Shown: positions 41,926-54,194 of the stretch, one piece after another
Layout of the letters: each line of letters begins with the position of its first letter
Numbering within the stretch: position 1 is the stretch's first letter
Notes under the pieces: model-generated
Seen by the model: only the letters and a program-made list of their open reading frames with translations
Told to the model about the DNA's origin: nothing
The model's database searches: none
Program-made: the position numbers and the translations under genes
Origin: Tubulanus polymorphus
Taxonomy: Eukaryota > Animalia > Nemertea
Assembly (NCBI RefSeq): GCF_964204645.1
Contig: NC_134030.1
Location: 7,669,122-7,733,121, forward strand
Reading direction: 5' to 3'
DNA length: 64,000 nt

Positions 41926-42023
41926 AAGATGGCCGCCCCAGAATTCTATGACTTCATGCTAATGATTGCACCAGTCATGTTTCCAGGAAGAGTCATAGGG
42001 AATTTGATCATGGCAGCCATGTT
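41926..42023. repeat. Small imperfect palindrome (probable MITE relic)
   Basis: aagatggccgcc..aattctatgact pairs with agtcatagggaatt..ggcagccatgtt. Confidence 0.6.
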
Positions 42024-42283
42024 AGGGAATTTGATCATCTTTTACAGTGCTAACTCAGAGACAAAATAGTGTCTCATCTCTTTACCATTTTTTTTTTTAC
42101 TGTCTCCTATTTTCTACAGGAGCTATCTTCATCCATTATAGCTGAACGGTTGATTATGATGCGGCAGTTACTGAATTCAGACGACATTAACGCGCTTGTT
42201 TATCCGCGATTATCACCGTAAACACGGCGCCTGTGTCCAGATCCCCGCGGGACGTGTGCGGCGCAGGCAACCGGTGCTCTCCT

Positions 42284-42332
<49 letters not shown>
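42284..42332. repeat. (GA)n microsatellite
   Basis: GA run with one interruption, and a complementary (CT)-rich tract at ~42437-42456. Confidence 0.97.
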
Positions 42333-42958
42333 ACACAAATTAGTTACACTTGTCTTCGGATGTATATTCGCTTCAAATGAAGAACGACCACAGGACATAA
42401 TCAGCCTTCTATTCAACGACGTTCGATTGTCATCGTTCTCCTCTCTCACTCTCTCTAGTCATTTGTTCGTCTACGTCGATTTCACGGTGAAAATTACGGC
42501 GATTTTCACCCGACGACGACTACGAAAAACGTTTTGATTATACACCTTGATTCGACAGAAACGGGGAAAAAACGTTTACCGAAACGACCGACGAGTGGGT
42601 ATTTTTCGGAAAATTGATCGACGGGAAATTCATTACGCCGACAAATAGTTGTTATTGCTTTGAACTCTATATAATGGTCCGTGTTGTTATCATCATTATC
42701 GGTATTCAGAAAAAAATGGCAGAACAAGCTCTTGTTGATAAGTTGGCAGATTTCCTTATGAAATATCCCACATCGCCGTTTTTTTATTTTCAATTATTGA
42801 GTCATTCGCTATTCTCCATTAACAAAGCAAGGCGATTTCTAGTAGAAAAGCGGAACTTATGAACTTGATAATAACTGATTTACCCAAAGACTAAGATATA
42901 TATTGTCCCCTGCTCTTGCCATAAACAAAACAACCCTTTCAACTTAGTTTTGATTCAA

Positions 42959-43226
42959 TAGAATGGCCACTTAATCAGAGGAAAGTCAGGGAATTTTCTT
43001 ATCTATTAAAAAGTCAGGGAATAGTCTGGGAATTTTAAAAAAATGCTATAAATCACTGATCTGTCAGGGAAATTAGTTGAGATTGCTAGATCACATGTAA
43101 AATCAAACAATTTCTGTCAATGTTTTATGTATTTGACTGTAAATTGATTGGATTCTAGCAGATCGCTCAGGGAAAACAACGTGCATGTCAGGGAATAGTC
43201 AGGGGAAAAGCAAAGCGGCCACCCTG
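42959..43226 (+). mobile_element. MITE family D-related
   Basis: Starts tagaatggccact, ends agcggccaccctg, and carries multiple gtcagggaa subterminal repeats. Confidence 0.8.
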
Positions 43227-45289
43227 TAAGAAAACTTTTCTTCTAAATGAGTTTGTATTCGCTTTTTACTTCAAGACGCCCGAGTCTCTGATAGTACATT
43301 GTGGTCGACTTGACGATTAGGAAATGGTTTTGCATGCGAGATTGAAATGAAAACGTTTTTATCGAATTAACGCGAATCGCTGATGAAGACAAGGCCTTAA
43401 TACGTCGCGAAAATTGCGAAATTGCTCCTCGAACCGATAACGATATATACCCGTGCCCGTCGTCGAAGACCTTGTATACGTCTATCGCCGCAAAATATGA
43501 TACGAACATTACAGAACATTACGGCGTTCGCCGACGTTACGAAAACGCCGGGGCAAATTGATTTATAAAAGAATTTGTCATTTGATTGACGTCCGACTGA
43601 GTACCTTATACGAAGCTATACCTGATTATCTCGGTGTAATCCAATTTCTTCGAGATCGTCGGTAAATCGTCCGTCAATTGCGATCCAGTCACCTGGAATC
43701 GCTTTACGCGCGAGTTTTCCGCCAAAGCGGACAATTTCTCAAGGTATCGCTCGCCCGGAATCTAAAGACAATTAGGTTTTCGACGACGGGCCGCGTAATT
43801 CGACAACGTCGGACGACGCTATATTATCTCGCGCCTTCGCCGGCCGTCGTAGATTGGACGTAATTCATCATCGCGGTCCCGATTGCCGATCGATGAGTCG
43901 GCGAACGCGCCGCGCACCCCGCGCTTTTTAGAAAACGAAACAAACCATGTAACGCGTCGTCGTATAATCGTAATTAATTAAAACTGTCGCCGTGATCGAC
44001 GTCAATTGGTGCGGTAACGCCGGAGGTGGGCAAAGGTCGCTACCACGGCGATCGCATGTCACAATGTGACATGTAATTTCTTACCGAATTACCCGCTAGA
44101 AATGTTTCTCACTAACATCTCATGTTTCTCTCATCTTTGTCAAGATGCATAAACGGTGCGTATTGACACCACCGAATGTATTATTTCTCTGTGTTCGATA
44201 TCTTCACCGTTTATTTCTCTAAACCGTTTGCGACTTAATGAATTTAAGTTTTCATTCGGATGATTTTTTGAGAATGTTATGAAACAGATATACAATAATG
44301 TCGGCGTAAGGTGGGACTCGCCCAGATGCGCTGTTCTCGTGTTGGGGGCACAGACCTGACTACCATTACTATTTCAGATTGTTACTACTCTGTAAGAGTT
44401 TGCTACCAAAAATATCGAAGAACTCTCAAAACCAGAATGATTTCTAGTTCCATTTTTCTATCAAGCTATTCTCAAAGTGAAATTGTGGCAAGAACTACTA
44501 CATTTGGAGAGACCAAGGTATTCGTATCAGGAAACATGACGTTGTTCGAAGTTGATGACGAATGACTTGATGTTAAGGCTTTGAAACCATCGATTTTTGA
44601 TGGTAGTAATAGAATGACGGAGTAATATCGTTAATATTTCTTTCTCAAACTATGCAATGTTAACTGAAATTGTATATCTAATGAATATTGGTCCGTAAAC
44701 TCTTTGACAACTCGCATACAAGTACGTCTTACGTAATTAGCGATGGCATTCTTAACGAATATTATTTTTATTCCCGATCGGCCGGTCGTAATTCTAATGA
44801 ATGTATATTCGCGTCCCAAACGGTGCCATTCGCGATGATCTGAAACTGATGGGTGCGTTGGGTTAAGATGACAAGTTTCCGTGAGATGTCATATCAAATT
44901 TGTCGACGGCCGACCCGTTTTCAAGAACTCGATTCTCCCGGGATAATGAGCGTGAATTTATAATGCGCACATGAAAGGTAGTGGAAATGTGAACGGATGA
45001 AAGCCGCGGCGAAATGCTCGACTTGTTGCATAATTTTCATCATTCTATACCGGTCGGTTTCGAATTCGATTGAATATTTGATTAGAACGCCACGCGGTTG
45101 TGAATAATGAAAAAAAAAGAATGATATTCATGCCGCATCAGTTGAATACACATTGATTTCTATAAAACTCTTGAAATATCGATGCGCATTTCATTTGATG
45201 CACATGTCCTATCTGACTATGTGGACTCTATCCATGATTATACCTAGTTAACCAGGATTAAAAACTTAATGACCAGTTTTATACAGTAA

Positions 45290-45492
45290 CAGAACTGTCA
45301 ACTGTCTGCTTGTCAGGGACAGTCCCTGAAAATGCCTCACTGTCCTCACTGTTTTTTTATGCTATTGAAAATCTATTGCTGTCTCTGAAACTATATCTAC
45401 TGTCCCTCTAAAAATTGTATCAATTATTCATTTTTCCTTATCGTACCACTGAAAATTTACCCCATGTGGTAATTGATAGGTTGGCAGGTTTG
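45290..45492 (+). mobile_element. MITE with family C-like termini and a different interior
   Basis: cagaactgtcaact ... aggttggcaggtttg, with repeated ctgtcc(c)t motifs. Confidence 0.6.
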
Positions 45493-45617
45493 CACTGAAA
45501 ACTGGCCTAAAAACTGGACTGCGGAGTTAACTCAATTGATAGATAGTCGATTGATAGATAATTGAGAAGTGGAGCCTATTGGTTAGAATTTAAACTTGTA
45601 TATGAAATCAGGCCCTG

Positions 45618-45724
45618 GGTCCAGTTTCACATAAAAGTTTAACTCTTAAATCGATTTAATTCCTTCGTTAATTCAGTTTATCTTAAATCGATTTAGGCCT
45701 TAATCCTTTTTGTGAAACTGGTAC
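45618..45724. mobile_element. MITE family E (Harbinger-like, CTG flanks)
   Basis: Structure is CTG|GGTCCAGTTTCACATAAAAG ... CTTTTTGTGAAACTGGTAC|CTG, with internal tcttaaatcgattta twice. Terminal fragments of related sequence lie at ~52700-52730 and ~60872-60902. Confidence 0.82.
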
Positions 45725-48700
45725 CTGGGTTTAAACAGAATGGTCTAGCTTACTGGTAAAATGTTATATGTCCGTCGTTTGATCTAGTAGTAATGAGTCA
45801 GTTCAACTCTGAAATACAGGGGAGGTGGGTATGACCTGCACAAAGTCTGATGGCACTCGCTTGATAATGATGAAGTTAAGGAAGTATTTGATGATGATTT
45901 CTGCGTATAAACCTGGCGGGCGATTTATGAATCTTTGACAGCGGCATATAATAAAAACACCGCTTGACTGCTCACCGTTTGTGATGATGCGTTCCACCTG
46001 GATAGTTTGAGTTTTACGTTAGCGCCATTAAAACAGACAGCGCGTACATGCATTGCGCCGCGTTCGAAAGTAACAGTATCCCCGACGGGCGCCGTTTACT
46101 GCAAGGTACACGCAATTATTACCAATAACTGGTTTACCGTGCATCTACCGTGACTGTCCCGGCGGAATGGTATTAAAAATCATCATATCTCGTTGTAGCC
46201 ACCGCCGACGAAAGTTCGCCGCTCGCGATGCGTGCATTCGGGGATATTAATCTGCTGAACAGACATCGAAAAAATATGATTACCGTGTATTTTGTATAAA
46301 GGTGATGTTTGATTAGGCAAAATACATTGTATTGGCGTATTCCTCCCACGGGCTGCGCTCTCGGTTTTTCAGCGTATGAGTAGAATAATAAAAAAAGGTT
46401 ACCGGTTTCTATTCGGGGACGGAAATTGAATTAATGCCATCGTTGCGGTTCCATTTAGAATAATCGAACTATTAACACTGTTCAGCAAAAACACGACGTC
46501 ACGTGTTGTTAAACTTTTCCCCCATTACCGATCTAGAGGTCTACCTCGTTTTTAAATGAAGCCACATCCGTCTTATCACCTTGAGTGGTGCCAGGGAGGT
46601 CAGGTGGTCAGTTACGCTCGAGTGTTTGCCGTAGCCTCGACGGAAATCGCGACGGTGCCCGATGGCGCCACCTTAATCACCGTGCTGGTGTCGGAGGTAA
46701 ACACACTGCTGCAGTCGCGAGTCCCGAAGGTGCCGTTTTAATTGTATCCAATATTCATGTTGAGGTACGGGCGGTTCTGGTAGTAATACTCTCCCGTCGG
46801 GGTCATTAGGCGTTTTACTCATTCAACGATTCTGATAATTTTATAAATATGTTAATTATTCCGATGTTTGTATCGGCGTTTAATTCGATTTCCGCTCTGT
46901 ACAGCATGCATTATGTATGCGCGCTGGTACGTCGGCGATCACCTAAATTTCCTTAAGTGATGGATCGATTCGCAAAGTGCGACGGAGTTTCGACGCTGCC
47001 GTTTCCAAAATAAATCTTGCGTCGATAAACAATTAATGTCCACGGGAATATTAGGCTCTCGTTCTGTAGTAAAAGTTCAATGATGAGTTTTTTTTAATCA
47101 GATCGCAAAGCGTTAGGAATCATCAAAACTACTCTTGGATTAAAGCCTATTTTCTGAATTTTTTGATTGCACAACCAACTGCACCGTCTAGCCTTAGTTC
47201 AGGGAAATTCTTTGCCTATTTTGCAACGCCCATCACTATCGTACAAATGACACAGTCTTATCTGATGCAGATGTTATGTGATTGGACTTTGTGTGAAGCC
47301 ACGATCAGCGTTACGATAATATTTCGTTTTCAGCGACTGATATTCATAAAGGCTGGCGATATCGTGATATCATATCGTGGAAAGTTTGTGTCCGGTTGTT
47401 GTTCAAACAAAATCTGACTCACGCTTGCGAAAAGAAACGTCACTATTTATTGAGTTTGCCGGCTCTTCAGTCCATCAGCAATCTCTCGGGCCGCCACAGC
47501 CATTGTTGCTCGCGATTTCGTAAACGCACTGTATAAACGGAACTGGTTGAGTTTACGGAATTGAGATAACGATTTGCTGTGTGTCCTATTCTCCGACGGC
47601 GACCTAAGGGACGTGGTTAATTTCCCCCAGTCCAGTCGGAGATAAATTAGTCGTCGGTTGGTGGTCTGTCCCGGGGTCAGGTAGGGCAAACCAGTCGGCA
47701 AACAGTCGATTGCATTGCCGGGATATCAAGTTTCTTAATTTGTGGCAATATTATCGTTTGCTTATTATCTGCACCAGGGCTATAAACGTTTCTCGTTTGC
47801 TGTGACATTTTTGTGCGCTGTATTGTGTGCCATTTCATCATTGTATTTATGGTATCTTCTGCTCTGACAAGATATACAATATAACAATTTGTCGACCAGC
47901 GAATGGTTCCTTTCAGACTTTGTTGTCTATGGCGAAGTCTTCTTCGATCTGGTGTATATCGATTTTCCCAGCCCATGGAACTCTCGTTCATTTTCCCAAA
48001 ATCAACTTTGATTTTCTCAATGAGGCTTAAGATTCATAGACCTCTTGTTTCATCTTGTTTTTAGTATTGCTTCCAGCTTCGTCAAATTATCAGCATGGTG
48101 TTATGTATAATCACGGTCAGTTCTGTAATACTGCCCGTGCACTCATCAATTATATTTCTGGATTTTATTGGTCGCTAGATGCACGGGGTAACTGGGTGAA
48201 ATTAGTATTGACAACTTTGATGGATTTATGGTATGTACGTGATTTATGATGGGGTCACTAGAGAGAGAGTTTAATTCAAGATACACTATGTATTTTATCT
48301 GCCGATGAATTGTCGTAGGTTGACCATTCCTCAAGAATGAAATTAATAATTGGGGTTATGCTAATCTAGTTATGGTATCCATTCCAAGAAATGTCTTGGT
48401 GAGAAGTTCTTGTGACGTTTTAGCATAGGCCTTTGCTACCACCTGAAAAACGTTAACTGGTTCTAGATTAAGCCATCTTTCATGATATACCAACGATTTA
48501 CATTTTAATGTCCTGGATGATAATAACTCATTTCGTATCATATTCCCCCTTTTTTGTATGTAAATCAAAAAACATTGTCATTGTTACCAAAATAACAACA
48601 CTCGATATTTGGAAAATTTTCTTGTACGATAACACTGAACTTTTGTGGTCTGGGCAAACGGATACAAGAATTTTGTCAAATGAAACTGCAGATGGCTGAA

Positions 48701-49503
48701 TGTTTGCACGCGTTGATGTTGTTGGATTTTATTGGCGCGCACGGACCACAAACACCCACATCACCGTACATAACATAATTATCTCCTGTTCTAATGACTT
48801 AATGTAACAATTGGTTTGCCGGCGTATTCGTAATTGCCCGGGTACCTCCGAGTGGCCAGCAATCGCCCCGTGGTCCGGCGACTAATTACACCACCTTATA
48901 AATATTTGTCCTCCGCGATGTGATACGAATGGAAGAAATTTTCGTTGCTTGAAATTTTCACGTCTACGTTTTTCACGGCTGTGAACCGTTCTCAAAACGC
49001 TTCGAATAATTTTACTACTATTCTGCAATGATCTAACCGGTGCTAGTTAAGTTGCGATATGTCGGTGGTGGCAGATTGATAATTCAACTTCGGGAACATT
49101 TCGAATCCAGTGGAAATATGGCGAGAATTCCGGCCGCAGGGAAGCATAATTAATTTTTACGTAGTTATTGGGTATTGAATAGGTAAAGTGACCACATGAG
49201 ACAGGAAGGGCAAATAGGCTTGATTGTAACCGTTAGAAGTACAGTGTAGCACTGGAACAGGCTAATTGATCAGATATGCTAATCACTAGCGTGTTGTGGT
49301 CACTCGACCACTCGGGAATTTGTGGGAATGGGCTCGGAATACTGATTGAAAGGTGCGAGGCTCATATTGCGTGGTTGCTTGAAGTAATATATCATCCTCT
49401 GCTATGTCTAAGTTCTATTTCATGCAAACCATTCAGTAGAAGATGCTAAGTTTGCTGAAATTGTTGGAAATTTGAGGGGTCCTCACCAAGAATACAGAAG
49501 TGG

Positions 49504-49640
49504 TTAGGGTATGTCACTTCAGGACTGAGTAAGTGAGGGAGGAGGGGATGACGTCACACCGGAAGTGACATATCCAAAATGGCAGCCGGAAATGACGCCC
49601 TCCCCCCTCACTCACTCTGCCCTGAAGTAACATATCCTAA
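49504..49640. mobile_element. Palindromic MITE (~45-bp arms) with motif-rich centre
   Basis: ttagggtatgtcacttcaggactgagtaagtgagggaggaggg pairs with ccctcccccctcactcactctgccctgaagtaacatatcctaa. Confidence 0.85.
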
Positions 49641-50369
49641 TTGCTTACAGAATTTCTTACAGGGCTATATCTCGTTGAAGTAATTTTAGTATGTTTGAAA
49701 ACCCTGTATCACTGATGCTTCGAGCACGTAGATACAATTCTTGAACTAGACCAATTTTTATGAGTAAACAGAGAGAAAAATGAAATTGGCACTGTGATCA
49801 GCGTTATTAGGTTCTGTGTAGGCTTACATACCGTATTTGGCCTGTAGGTATGATGCAGCCTCCATTTTGGTGTTGCAAATACTCGCTAGGTCCAGTCTGG
49901 ATTTGACCCTGTAAATGGAGGGGGTTGTTGTTCTGGAGGCATCGTCCTAGTCATCGAATGATGGAGTCGTACGCGGTATTTTTTACAACGATGATTATGA
50001 TGTTGGATATCGGAAATAAGACAAACTTATATTCGTTGTTGTATTCCCAAGTGTACATTTAGTATTCATAGCTTTGTGCCGTACCTGCCAGGTCAATAAT
50101 AGGACCTGTCATTGGCAACTGTTTGTAATAACTGTTTTAGCAATCCTCGCTGTCTATACGTACGTGAATATACATTCTGCGTCGAACGAAATTGTCTCTA
50201 TGTCCACCTTGAAGGTGTGTGTCCGGAATAGTAATAACGCAATAAAAACACGCATGTAAAACGCGCTAGTCATATTGCTTTTTCACGTTTTTACTACCTT
50301 GGATGAAAACTAGATCCCTACCCTGGCTCAGGGAGTTCGAACTTTTCTCATAGGTAGGGAGTTCACAGC

Positions 50370-50586
50370 AAGAGCTGCTAACTGTTCCTGAGTTTCAGTA
50401 TTTGTTACTAACTACAAATACTGGTTGGATTTGTTTGATGCATTCAGAAATGAGTAGGAAAGATGTTATTGCAGGTCTTACTGTTGATTACTGATTAATT
50501 TGAAAATTTTTTCACATTTCCATGAAATGTATCTGAAAACTATTCAATTTGTTTCTGATAGCACTTTTCGCAGGTTGGCAGCCTTG
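50370..50586 (+). mobile_element. MITE family C
   Basis: agagctgctaactgttcctgag ... aggttggcagccttg, with an interior matching the 10935 and 15239 copies. Confidence 0.9.
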
Positions 50587-51713
50587 ACCTTAGATTCTTG
50601 CTGACAATGCTGATAAGAACAACGATGGCTATGGAGGTATCATTCTTTTAACTTAACCATATTTCTTTATCTTAATCTGCAATACTGCTTAAGCGAAATA
50701 CTATCTGAGAACTACCTGAGAAATCCATCAAAATCAACAATTCCGACGTTCTGAATGGTTAACACGTTCTGAAAGAACAAAGTTACTGGCTTTAGCTGCT
50801 CTGAAGAAATTCTCAGCCCAGTAGTTAACCTTTATTTGTCAATATGGCTGCCGTCGATGTGTGCTATGCATTTCTGTCTGACCAGAATATCTATCGATGG
50901 CATCTTTCGAAAAATGCTGTGCTTTTCGCCATCGTATTCACTAATGAACCAGGTATCTGCGCGCAGCGGCCAATCCTTACGGCGGTATCGACTGACAGCG
51001 GCTATTGGTAATCCAATCGTGCCCGGACGACCGGTCAATCATACGTTCTGAATGGTCAATTTCTGTCGCCCGATAACAAATTCTCCAGGTATTCTATGCG
51101 GTAATCAGGTACGCGTGACGGTAATTGGTTGAAGGTGAACGGGCGACTGGACGCACCCCGGGGGACGCCGCGTACTTGAGCATATCACCTACCCTACCTT
51201 ACTGGCCGATTCAATAAAGGTATATGCAAATAGTTTGCAGATCGAATTTCCGACTGGTTAGTCAATTGCGACAGGAAATCATCTCTCACTAATGACTTGC
51301 CGTCGCTGGCTCGTGGTCACTTTACGCTGGACACTTTATTTGATTTTTGCTCATCAGTAGTCTTTTTCCAGTTTCACCGCCGCGGCGGTCTTCGCTTGCG
51401 GCTATTCGTTCCATCAAAATTGTCGGCGGTAAGAAAATACCTACTGACAATGTAATAAGAAAAGAAAAAATTTCGAACAACAAAAGGATGGTCTTCTGAG
51501 GCCCAGGGCCTTGCAGAGACGGATCTAGGTAAAGAAAAACCATTTCCCGGATAAAGCAGCCATGTCGTAAGATTTTGAAGAAATGCATATCGGCCAATAG
51601 ATGCAAATTGCGCGAGGATAAGCATCAAATTTGCAGGATTTAACTATGTCTTGACAAAGAGGGTAATCTCGTGGGAAGGCAGGTGCCCAAACCCCTGAGA
51701 CCACTCCCTTAAT

Positions 51714-51769
51714 CTAACGATCAAATCATAACTTCAACTTAACAGCTTAAATTATGATTTGATCGTTAG
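51714..51769. repeat. Perfect 18-bp inverted repeat with 20-nt loop
   Basis: ctaacgatcaaatcataa (51714-51731) pairs with ttatgatttgatcgttag (51752-51769). Confidence 0.95.
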
Positions 51770-53937
51770 GCTTTTTGAAGATATAACCCATGAATTTTAC
51801 AGAGTTTCACGATTATCGCGAAACCATTTATGAAAAATATCGCTTAACAGAGATATCTTGTCATCGGCTAGTAACTCTGGCGCCATCGTCGCCCGCACCG
51901 CCATCATCTTAATTTGTTTGTGCGCTGATGAATCTCAAATCGTCGATAAAATTACCTGCAATCGATGGCAACGCACGTCGGAAATTTGCCATAAATTCGC
52001 GGACGCTCGTTGAAAAATGGCAGTGATTTACGCGGTATTCATCGACGCCGCGATTTCTTTGCATATTCAATTACGGTAAGGTGACTCGGTGATTAACCTG
52101 CGCGCGCGCGGTAGCGACGACGACCGGCAGAAGAGTTTGCGTAAGCTTCGTTCCGCGGATAGAGGAGTCATCGTGCGGTATCGCGTTCCAGGTAGATAGA
52201 TACCGGCGTTGATTGCTCGAGTGGCAATCGTAACAAACGCTCTCATCAACGTATCCGATGCTGCGGCGCCGATGAATATTGAACGGGATTACCAGCGCAG
52301 ATGATGCTCTTCTCGTGTGGCTGTAACTTCTGCCTACTTCAGACTAGACACACATTGATATTATCTTTGCCGAAAGGGCCTATAATTTGTAGTGATCGCG
52401 AGCCCGACCCAAACGTGGACTGCCAAATCGTCCGTGCCAATGTCTGAAAGCTGAAATGCGATTTATCTTGCATTCTATTAACATCAACATCGTTTAATTG
52501 TAGTTTCAAGTTAAAAAGCTTCCAGTCACCCCCATAAAAAGTTGCCAGGACAGTTTCACTTTAGAGTAAGAAAATGAAAAATACTTTGAAGGTAAACTAG
52601 ATTTTTTTATAAGTAACTTTCGCTACTAGTATATAGTAGGGTGATTAGGTTAATGAGTGTTAGTTTCATCTCATAGAGTATAAGTTATTTCATGTCGAAT
52701 ATTAACTTGAGAATCGTGGAATAGGCCCCAAGTCTATGGATGAGCCCTGCCTACCCCGGGAATGTTAGTGTTGAAATCTTGTACACTCATGTCTCTGATG
52801 CATAGTTTTGATTCATGCCTGGCACTTTTCCCTTACATCATCGCTCTCGAAGTTCTCGTCGGGTGCGCTGTGGTAAATAAGGTGATTATCATATCGCCCT
52901 CGGCATTTTGTCATTATCACAAAGGACGAGAAAAATTGCATCCGGAATTCGATAAGTCAAATAACTTATTGAAATTTTATTCGGTGTCTTTACGTTTTAA
53001 ACAAGGTAAAATCAGATCCGCCTGAATTTCAAATCGCCGCGTAATAAAGAAAGTAGGTAAGGGAAAAATGGAATACATCGCGCTGCTTTAAGTTGTTTTA
53101 TCACTCGGTATCGGTGACGAGATTAACTCGCGTTTTCGTGATGCCGCGAATAATCTCGTCCGATACGTCAGCAGAAATAAAGGTGAATTTTTCGTTCGGC
53201 GGAATTAGATTGCGAATTTGAAACGTCTTGAAATAGGTTGACTCTGCCGTTGATTACTTGAGTACCAGCCTTAAGAAACGTTCTCATCAATCTGATTGTC
53301 ACTGAAATCGTGGCGTCGCATTTTAAATTCCGGTTTTTTTGAACACGCGGCAGTGAAGACAGTGCAGGTAGATTGTGGTGGAGATATCCCAATGCTGAGC
53401 GGTTGACTCTCGTATTCACACTGCTACTCTTTCCTTTCAAATCCCGAGAAACGGAGTAAATTTTTTCATCAATTTTCCCTGAAATTCAACTTTCCCTAAA
53501 ACTTTTCTTCGACATTTCTCAGTAATTTGCCTAGTGAACTATTGTTAGGCTGCTAGCTTCTTAAAGAGTAGCTCCCTACGTTGCCCTTTGACAAAATACC
53601 GGGAACAAGAACCAGAATCTAAACATTTTTCAAGATTGTTTGACAGATTTTGTGTGGTCTTGCCCTGTAGCGGTGAAGTTTTACTACTTTGTATATTTAT
53701 CATTTTGTCATTATACACACACCATAAACTTCTTACATAACTTGTTTGATTACAACATGTTTTTTCAACGTTTTATGACCATAATATCATAAAATATGCA
53801 CCGATCATTTCGAATTGATTATACGTAATTCTTTGACAACTTTAACCCCTTCCCTTCCAGTTCCTATAATCAGTAGTTAGAGGAAATTGGCTTAAATCGA
53901 GCATACTATGATATGATAAGTGACATGATATGACTAT

Positions 53938-54194
53938 AGCCGTGATATCACTCGATTTTTTTTGCTATAGGCCAAATTTTGTCGGGATCAGGCCCGAGGC
54001 AAATTTTTGCATTTGGGGAAATGATTGCATTTGAACTGGTTCTGTAAGTGGCTTACTTTGAGCATTGTTTAGTATCAAGCGGCTGAGTGTTTTGCATGTG
54101 AGCCCCCTCTCTAATTAGGCATGGGCAAAATTTGACTCTGGCCTGATCTGTGCCAATTTTGTCCAGGCCAAATCGTCTCCGTGTGATCTCGGCC
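53938..54194 (-). mobile_element. MITE family A
   Basis: agccgtgat ... tttgagcattgtttagtatc ... ggccaaatcgtctccgtgtgatctcggcc, colinear with the 10664 and 16630 copies. Confidence 0.85.
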
